The notes beneath the pieces are model-generated. The model saw only the letters and a program-made list of their open reading frames with translations, had not been told where the DNA came from and did no database searches. Shown in pieces: positions 57,593-64,000 of a stretch of 64,000 nucleotides of DNA. How positions within the stretch are numbered: position 1 is the stretch's first letter; each line of letters begins with the position of its first letter. Source of the stretch: an uncultured virus (IMG/VR IMGVR_UViG_3300044733_004038) (lineage: Duplodnaviria > Heunggongvirae > Uroviricota > Caudoviricetes); the IMG/VR virus record IMGVR_UViG_3300044733_004038. One strand, written 5' to 3'. Both the position numbers and the translations under genes were made by a program.

Positions 57593-57970
57593 CTACGGCT
57601 CGTCAATTTCTATCCACACTTGGTTTGGTTCAAACCACGCATAGTTGCCTTCAGGTCTTGGGGTTGGCGGTTGCCAATTGTGGTTCTCATCTAAAGTCCA
57701 TGAAGGATATGGTTGTGGTGTTATGAACACATCGTTGATGAAGTCGTATGTGTCACCAATGCCTGCGTAACGTTTACGAAAGTTTGAGTTGTAAGAAGTT
57801 CGCTTGCAGGTAAGCCCCAAATTCCACGATTGATTTTCGTAGTATTGTTCCCACGCTTCAGTAGAACCACCGACTTCGATATCGCCGTCTAGTTGCGTAA
57901 CTGTTTCATCAACGCCCGTAAGTACCTTGACAACAACATTATTTTCGTTAAGAAATGCGTAATGCGCCAT
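57593..57970 (-). CDS. partner protein P8
   Basis: MAHYAFL..; close paralog of P1. Confidence 0.8.
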   Translation of the reverse strand: MAHYAFLNENNVVVKVLTGVDETVTQLDGDIEVGGSTEAWEQYYENQSWNLGLTCKRTSYNSNFRKRYAGIGDTYDFINDVFITPQPYPSWTLDENHNWQPPTPRPEGNYAWFEPNQVWIEIDEP

Positions 57971-58785
57971 TATGCCCAACTCACATTCCCGCTACCAGCG
58001 GTAATTGAAACTATTGTATTTGCGCCGCTGGTTGTTGATGATGATGTCAAACCCGCACCAACAGTGATTGTGCCTGACGCTGTTGGATATCGCAAAATAA
58101 CTATCCCACTACCACCGTTGGTTCCAGTACCACCACCACCGCCACCTGTGTTTGCTGAACCACCAGTGCTAGACGACCCACCACCACCAGTTCCACCAGG
58201 AGCATTATTGTCTCCTGCACCACCACCACCACGAGTAACTGCCGAACCAGTTATAGAACTAGATAAACCATCTCCACCGTGACCGTCACCGTCTGTGTTA
58301 CCTGCTTCGCCAGCACCGCCACCACCCGAAAATGTCCCAGAGCCACCCACAAATCCCTGAACAGGCGTTGCCCGTGCTGCTGCTGCACCAGTATATGCAC
58401 CACCAGATGAACCACCGCTTAAACTTGGGCAACCAGCACCGCCAGTACCGCCGCCGCCCGTAGAAATTACTGTAGAAAAAACACTATCGGTTCCGCTACG
58501 ACTTGTAGTACCATTAAGTACGCCACCAGCACCAACAGAAACAATATAATTTGTATTTTTAAAAACCGACAATGGTGTTTCTGCAGCACCACCACCACCT
58601 GTAGTTTCTCCGCTTGTGCTATTGCGATAACCACCAGCACCACCACCGCCACCATAAGAAACTGCGCCCGAACCGCCACCAGCAATAACTAAGTATTCTA
58701 CGGTAAGACTTGGGGTAGTAGCAGCCTGACCCCAATTGCCTAGAGTCGGTTGTTGAGTTAGTGTTCTAGGAGAATATCTAGACAT
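57970..58785 (-). CDS. glycine-rich protein G8
   Basis: EYLVIAGGG; ends GNVSWA. Confidence 0.8.
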   Translation of the reverse strand: MSRYSPRTLTQQPTLGNWGQAATTPSLTVEYLVIAGGGSGAVSYGGGGGAGGYRNSTSGETTGGGGAAETPLSVFKNTNYIVSVGAGGVLNGTTSRSGTDSVFSTVISTGGGGTGGAGCPSLSGGSSGGAYTGAAAARATPVQGFVGGSGTFSGGGGAGEAGNTDGDGHGGDGLSSSITGSAVTRGGGGAGDNNAPGGTGGGGSSSTGGSANTGGGGGGTGTNGGSGIVILRYPTASGTITVGAGLTSSSTTSGANTIVSITAGSGNVSWA

Positions 58786-58787
58786 TA

Positions 58788-59135
58788 TTAAGCAATTCTA
58801 TTTACAAAACCAAAGATTTCTATTTTATTAGCCGTACCAGCAAACGCTGTCACGTTGACAGAACCAGTCAAGATTAGACCGGCACAAACAAGAACAAGAC
58901 CCGAAGGTGTCGCTGCAATCGACTGCTGAATCAAATCCGAAGTCACAGTTGCACCACCAAGTTCAACAGTTAAAGTAACCGCCGAAGAATGAATATTTGC
59001 CGCGTACAACCACAACTCGTCCAACGCGGTTGCGTGAGCAGCATGAATTGTTGTGCCAAGAGTTGCTGTTGCAGCAACGGCAATACCTCGACCGTTCGTG
59101 CTACCTGAAAGTTTTACCTTTGTAAATGTTGCCAT
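58788..59135 (-). CDS. adaptor-like protein X3
   Basis: MATFTK..LSGSTNG; DELWLYA. Confidence 0.75.
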   Translation of the reverse strand: MATFTKVKLSGSTNGRGIAVAATATLGTTIHAAHATALDELWLYAANIHSSAVTLTVELGGATVTSDLIQQSIAATPSGLVLVCAGLILTGSVNVTAFAGTANKIEIFGFVNRIA

Positions 59136-59209
59136 GTGCTGCCTCTAATCTATAGTGCTATTGCCATAATATACTACGCTACGCTACACGACCCTGATAA
59201 GCCACCTAG

Positions 59210-59575
59210 TTAAATTGCGACCCACTCTTGTTCTTCTTCACTCCACGAATACATTCCTTCGCCTGCTGGGTAAGCAACAGGTGCTTCCCAAACGCAAGTG
59301 TCTTCATCAAGAATCCACGATGGATATGGTTGTGGGGCGTAGAAAGCGTCTAGTGTCGCGTCATACTTATAGCCAATGCCCGCATAGTTTTTACGATATG
59401 GGGTGCCACCATTGTTGTGCTGACCACCATAAGTGTTGTACGAGGTGCGCTTGCAAGGCTGACCTCGGAACTCCCCATACCATTGTTCCCAATCGATACC
59501 GTCTTCACCTTCGTTTTTACCGACGATGACTTCTGTAACGATATTTTCGTTATCTAGAAATGCGTAATGTGCCAT
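59210..59575 (-). CDS. partner protein P9
   Basis: MAHYAFLD..KRTSYN..QPYPSW; AAGGA RBS. Confidence 0.8.
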   Translation of the reverse strand: MAHYAFLDNENIVTEVIVGKNEGEDGIDWEQWYGEFRGQPCKRTSYNTYGGQHNNGGTPYRKNYAGIGYKYDATLDAFYAPQPYPSWILDEDTCVWEAPVAYPAGEGMYSWSEEEQEWVAI

Positions 59576-59649
59576 GTTTATATTTATCCTTGCTAAGTTT
59601 ACATTACTTATTGCTATTATTCAAATTAGTATTTATTATACGTAATAAA

Positions 59650-60129
59650 TTATTCTTTTTCTATTTGAGGGAAAATGCCATACGACAGTGTAATTCTAGG
59701 GTCAATCCCAATAGCCATATGCTTAGTACCTTTTGGTATTATCAATAAATCAGAAGGTTCTAGAATATATTCTTCTGTGTTATTTATTTTATATAGAACT
59801 TTTCCATGCAATCCTAAAAGTAAAACATCGGTTATGTCATCATGCACTGGACTTTTAATTCCGGAAACTAATGAAGAAAAAATACATAAATTAGATTCCG
59901 TATTATGCATATTGAATTCATTTTCTAATTTACTATAAATATCTATAAAATCATTATCTAAATGAACATCTTTTATTTGAAAAATACTTTCAAATATAAA
60001 ATCGTTTAAATAGTTGCTTGAAATTCTAGACAAAAAATGGTTTCTGTTTAATAATCCAGACAAATTATTAAAATCATATTCACCAAAAGATAAATACTTT
60101 TTTATATATTGTGTTTTAATTAAACTCAT
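59650..60129 (-). CDS. JmjC/cupin-like 2OG oxygenase, AT-rich
   Basis: H.D..DV.L....G....LEP.DLL.IPKG..H. Confidence 0.7.
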   Translation of the reverse strand: MSLIKTQYIKKYLSFGEYDFNNLSGLLNRNHFLSRISSNYLNDFIFESIFQIKDVHLDNDFIDIYSKLENEFNMHNTESNLCIFSSLVSGIKSPVHDDITDVLLLGLHGKVLYKINNTEEYILEPSDLLIIPKGTKHMAIGIDPRITLSYGIFPQIEKE

Positions 60130-61037
60130 GCTGTCACTGTTCCCGTACCTGCGGTAAATCTATAGATTTTATAACCACCTGTATCTGTCAAAGTATATGT
60201 CAAACCAGCACTGACAGTTAAATTAGGGGATGTATTCAAATACCTGACTATTACAACACCAGACCCCCCAGCCGAACCAGCCTCGCTACCACCAAGAGAA
60301 CCACCACCGCCACCACCGCCAAGATTTACTGTCCCAGCCGTAGAGGCTCCATTTGTACCTTGCCCCGTTCCGCCACCTCCGCTGCCACCAGAACCACCAG
60401 AAACCGCTCCGCCATCGTATGTATTTCCTCCACCTCCACCACCGCCTGCATATGTAACAGCAGAGCCGCTATATGAATTGGATGTACCACCGCCTCCATT
60501 TCTTCCGCTACCGCCAGAAGACGCGCCACCGCCGCCGCCGCCAGTCCATTCCTGCGTAGCACCACCTGTGCCATTTGCCCCGTTGGTTCCTTCAGCTGGT
60601 GAGAAACCGCCTTGGTTGCCAGTACCGCCGCCCTGTGGGCTATATCCACCACCACCGCCACCCGAACCGCCGTCTTGACCTCTTTGTGCTTGACCGCCAC
60701 CGTAACCGCCGCCAGTTGAGGTTATTGTGCTAAATACAGAATTTGAACCTTTAGTGTTAATACCTCCACCTGCGCCAACTGTCACTGTAGTGTTTGCACC
60801 AGCAATTAAACTTACAGCCCCTGCTGCTGTGCGAAATCCACCAGCACCACCACCACCACCATCTCGGTTTCCACCTCCACCGCCGCCTGCAACAACAAGA
60901 TAGTCAACACTAATAGGCTGACCAGACCAACTGCCTGCACCTCGTTTTCTTTGAACATCACCAAGAGTCCAGATACCAGACGCAGCAGAAGCACTTACCG
61001 TTTTTTCTGCTCCAATAATTCCACCATTAGCGCGCAT
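60126..61037 (-). CDS. glycine-rich protein G9
   Basis: MRANGGIIG..ASGIW leader. Confidence 0.8.
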   Translation of the reverse strand: MRANGGIIGAEKTVSASAASGIWTLGDVQRKRGAGSWSGQPISVDYLVVAGGGGGGNRDGGGGGAGGFRTAAGAVSLIAGANTTVTVGAGGGINTKGSNSVFSTITSTGGGYGGGQAQRGQDGGSGGGGGGYSPQGGGTGNQGGFSPAEGTNGANGTGGATQEWTGGGGGGASSGGSGRNGGGGTSNSYSGSAVTYAGGGGGGGNTYDGGAVSGGSGGSGGGGTGQGTNGASTAGTVNLGGGGGGGSLGGSEAGSAGGSGVVIVRYLNTSPNLTVSAGLTYTLTDTGGYKIYRFTAGTGTVTA

Positions 61038-61239
61038 TATGCCCAACTCACATTTCCTGAACCAGCGGTAATTGAAACTATTGTATTTGCGCCGCTAGTT
61101 GTTGATGATGATGTCACACCAGCACCAACGCGGTTGCGTGAGCAGCATGAATTGTTGTGCCAAGAGTTGCTGTTGCAGCAACGGCAATACCTCGACCGTT
61201 CGTGCTACCTGAAAGAATCGTCTTAGTAAATGTTGCCAT
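61037..61239 (-). pseudogene. collapsed adaptor + glycine-rich gene remnant
   Basis: 5' end of an X3-like gene joined out of frame to the 3' end of a G8-like gene at CCAAC. Confidence 0.85.
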
Positions 61240-61254
61240 GTGCTGCCTTCAGTC

Positions 61255-61626
61255 TTAGCCGAAAACTTGACTACTTAAGATGTTTTGATCGTCGTCTGCG
61301 CTAAAGCTAGTGCCAGAAGACGCTGATGTCAAGCGACCTTGTGCATCTACTGTGATGTTCGCTGTTGTATATGAGCCGGCTGCCACCGCTGTGTTTGCAA
61401 GCTTTGCGGCCGTTACATTTGCATCAAGAATCTTGGCAGTTGTGACAGCGTCGCTTGCGAGCTTATCGGCGGTAACCGCGCCGTTCTGCAGCTCAGTAGT
61501 TGAGATCGTCGCAACTCCAAGAGTAGCGGCCTGTAGTGACCAGATACTTCCGTCCCATGTCCACGTGCGAGTACCTTCTGTTACCGTGTCGCCCGGGGTT
61601 GGGGTTGATGGAAAATTTAGTGCCAT
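61255..61626 (-). CDS. short stalk/fibre protein Y2
   Basis: LNFPSTP..TWTW; VT..K repeats; ends DDDQNILSSQVFG. Confidence 0.75.
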   Translation of the reverse strand: MALNFPSTPTPGDTVTEGTRTWTWDGSIWSLQAATLGVATISTTELQNGAVTADKLASDAVTTAKILDANVTAAKLANTAVAAGSYTTANITVDAQGRLTSASSGTSFSADDDQNILSSQVFG

Positions 61627-61678
61627 GTTAGTATCCTATCTAGTCTAGGCTTGTGTGACGCTGAAAACAAAATTGCCA

Positions 61679-62035
61679 TTAATCTTCGATCCAAGATTGT
61701 GACGGCTCATCCCAGTAGTAAAATTTATTGTCATCAGGATACGGAACAGGTGAGACCCATTCAGTAGTTTCTTCATCAAGAGACCATGACGGAAAAGGTT
61801 TTGGAGCAATGTATGCATCTAGTGATGAATTATACGTATAGCCGATTCCAGCGTAGCGAGCACGAATATTGTTGTTGTATGATGTTTGCTTCCATGTCCC
61901 GCCAAGATGATTACGGCAGAATTCAGCACCTACAGCTTCTGATTCATTACCATTTTCATCTTTACAATCATTATCGTGCACGACAATAACTCGTAATACG
62001 ATATTATCTTCTCCTAGTTCTGCAAAATGTGCCAT
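61679..62035 (-). CDS. partner protein P10
   Basis: MAHFAEL..WKQTSYN..YAGIG. Confidence 0.8.
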   Translation of the reverse strand: MAHFAELGEDNIVLRVIVVHDNDCKDENGNESEAVGAEFCRNHLGGTWKQTSYNNNIRARYAGIGYTYNSSLDAYIAPKPFPSWSLDEETTEWVSPVPYPDDNKFYYWDEPSQSWIED

Positions 62036-62101
62036 TATTTATTTTCCTATGTGTTAGTTATGTCTTGCGCGATACAAAAAGTTTATTAACTTATCTATTA
62101 C

Positions 62102-63070
62102 TTAGAATGTTATACTCCCCGTAGCCGTAAAAGTATATACTCTGTATCCTGTTGGATTTGTTACGGTTGGAGATCCTGTTGTTGCTGTTGCTAATGGCAA
62201 ACTATCTGGATAGCGAATAATTACTACACCGCTACCACCGTTACCACCGAATGTGCCTGTGTTATAACCTGGGTCAGTGTTTGTCTTACCGCCACCTCCA
62301 CCGCCAAGATTTGCTGTGCCTGCCGTACCCGATGAAGGAACTCCAGCACCGCCTGCTCCACCACCACCTGAACCACCAGAGCCTGGAGTGTTTTGTGAGT
62401 CACCAGGTCTAAATCCTCCACCACCGCCACCGCCACGAGTTACCGAAGTGCCTGTAATGCTTGATGCTGAACCTGCACCACCATTACCGCAAACATTACC
62501 GCTAACATTGCCACCAATAGCGCCAGCGCCACCTCCACCACCACAACCACGACCTCCACTGGACCCGCCATTAAAGCCTTGAACAGGTGAAGCCGTGCGA
62601 GTTCCGCCACCAAATGAACCCTCACCTACACCGCCGCCACCTGAACCACCAGCGCGACCAGCAGAAGCGTTACCAGCACCACCACCGCCACCAGTGGCAG
62701 TAATTGATGCCAGAACAGAGTCGTTACCATCGCCACCAGCGCCTGGGTTATTAACTGATGTTCCTCCAGCGCCAACTGTGACTGTATGCGCAGTGCCTTT
62801 TGCAAGTGTTAATTGCGTTTCTAAAGTGCCACCGCCACCGGTTGCTGTAACTGTGCTACGCAAACCGCCAGCACCACCGCCACCGCCGCCATAAGTATTG
62901 TTGCTACCAGCGCCTCCGCCAGCAAGAACTAGATAATCAATTGTTATGTCTGTACTAGGCCAATTGCTTGCGCCTTTTTCTCTCTGCGCATCGCGAACAG
63001 CCCAAATACCAGACGCAGCGCCAGCGCTTATTGTCTTTTTTGCGCCAATGATTCCGCCGTTAGAGCCCAT
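62102..63070 (-). CDS. glycine-rich protein G10
   Basis: MGSNGGIIG..ASGIW leader. Confidence 0.8.
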   Translation of the reverse strand: MGSNGGIIGAKKTISAGAASGIWAVRDAQREKGASNWPSTDITIDYLVLAGGGAGSNNTYGGGGGGAGGLRSTVTATGGGGTLETQLTLAKGTAHTVTVGAGGTSVNNPGAGGDGNDSVLASITATGGGGGAGNASAGRAGGSGGGGVGEGSFGGGTRTASPVQGFNGGSSGGRGCGGGGGAGAIGGNVSGNVCGNGGAGSASSITGTSVTRGGGGGGGFRPGDSQNTPGSGGSGGGGAGGAGVPSSGTAGTANLGGGGGGKTNTDPGYNTGTFGGNGGSGVVIIRYPDSLPLATATTGSPTVTNPTGYRVYTFTATGSITF

Positions 63071-63124
63071 TTACGTCCAACTTACGTTTTCGCTGCCAGC
63101 AAATGAAGATAGAAACTGTGCCAT
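63071..63124 (-). pseudogene. 17-codon mini-ORF, probable collapsed glycine-rich gene
   Basis: MAQFLSSFAGSENVSWT*; its end matches the AGSGNVSW C-terminus of G3/G7/G8. Confidence 0.65.
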
Positions 63125-63477
63125 CAGCTAATCTCCTCGTAAGAGCACACCGCCTCAAGGTCAGAGTTTGCTGACGCTGTGAGTCGCAAAGTGTCTCCTT
63201 CTTCAAGGTAGATTGACTTAGAAATAATATCTAAAGTTGCATCTGCTGGAACCGAAACTGTTTTAGCAACATGATAAGCAGTAGAAGAACGGAATATGTC
63301 TACGTTCACATCTGCCGCACTTGTCCCGTCAACATTTGATACATAGAGAGCATTTACTTTAAAAACTTTTCCTGACGAACCACTGTTTGTAACGATTGCT
63401 GTTGCAGAAGTCGTTACAGCAAGAACTGCTGTTTTGCCTGTGATTGTTGCTACGTTTACTATGTTTGGTGCTGCCAT
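63124..63477 (-). CDS. adaptor-like protein X4 (second family)
   Basis: MAAPNIVNV.TITGKT...IYLEEGD...SYEEIS. Confidence 0.75.
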   Translation of the reverse strand: MAAPNIVNVATITGKTAVLAVTTSATAIVTNSGSSGKVFKVNALYVSNVDGTSAADVNVDIFRSSTAYHVAKTVSVPADATLDIISKSIYLEEGDTLRLTASANSDLEAVCSYEEIS

Positions 63478-63486
63478 GATTTATCC

Positions 63487-63999
63487 TTAACCTCCAAAGA
63501 CAATCGCCATAGCAATTGCTTTTCCTGTTGATGCTTTTGTATCTATTTGTGTTTGAATTGCGCTTGTAACTCCGTTTAAGTATCCAATTTCTGTGTTAGA
63601 TACGTTCTCGACTACAGTCTGATAAACGGTAGGTGTAGTCCATTCTAATCCAGTTGTCGTGCCGGTGTTAACAGTAAGAACTTGTCCGTTTGTGCCAGTT
63701 CCAAGATTGTCAACCGTGTTATTCGCAGTTCCAACTAAAAGATCACCCTTTGCGTCGATCGTGCTGAGCAGCTCGTTGAACGGTGCCGCGCCAATTTCTA
63801 CCCAGGCGCCATCGTAGTAAACGAATGTTCCACCGATGTCTGAGTCGAACCACACCTGACCTGCAATAGGAGATGTTGGAGCGGTGCTTGAGATTGTAGC
63901 AAAGTTACCAGAGGCGCCGATCTCAATCCACTGACTGTCGTAGTAGATAAAAGTCTGCGCTGTGTCTGAGTCAAACCACAGCTGACCTGAGTCCGGTGC
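63487..63999 (-). CDS. 5'-truncated fibre/stalk protein Y3
   Basis: Frame open to the window edge; repeated GQ.WFDSD..TF.YYD..W.EIGA; ends GKAIAMAIVFGG. Confidence 0.75.
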   Translation of the reverse strand, partial: APDSGQLWFDSDTAQTFIYYDSQWIEIGASGNFATISSTAPTSPIAGQVWFDSDIGGTFVYYDGAWVEIGAAPFNELLSTIDAKGDLLVGTANNTVDNLGTGTNGQVLTVNTGTTTGLEWTTPTVYQTVVENVSNTEIGYLNGVTSAIQTQIDTKASTGKAIAMAIVFGG

Positions 64000-64000
64000 G

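Noticed and set aside
44279..62894. Poly-proline ORFs on the + strand
   Set aside because: Antisense shadows of the glycine-rich genes.
43562..63999. Invertible shufflon or diversity-generating retroelement
   Set aside because: All cassettes and repeats are in direct orientation; no recombinase or reverse transcriptase in the window; no adenine-specific TR/VR pair seen.
1..64000. tRNA/rRNA genes, integrase, transposases
   Set aside because: None recognised; intergenic gaps are short and the hairpins seen are simple stem-loops.

Overview
The window is a 64-kb segment of a large tailed dsDNA phage with siphovirus-type tail genes. The host is most likely an actinobacterium: it carries WhiB, an MSMEG_6728-like glycosylase, and a head module resembling cluster-B mycobacteriophages. 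The + strand (1-41.2 kb) holds head and tail morphogenesis genes, a short accessory cassette, and a DNA replication/recombination block. That block is interleaved with what looks like a cytosine-hypermodification pathway: a dCMP-type thymidylate-synthase homolog, a dNMP kinase-UDG fusion, dCMP deaminase, an all-alpha dNTPase, two T4-BGT-like glycosyltransferases and an atypical C5-methyltransferase. The - strand (41.2-64 kb) holds a methyltransferase and a TPR-glycosyltransferase downstream of a ~20-kb modular array. The array has 10 glycine-rich adhesin-like genes, each paired 1:1 with a small partner gene, plus adaptor and stalk genes, a tailspike, identical junction sequences and two collapsed gene remnants. 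No rRNA, tRNA, CRISPR array, integrase or transposase was recognised. All assignments come from motif recognition by eye; no database search was run.
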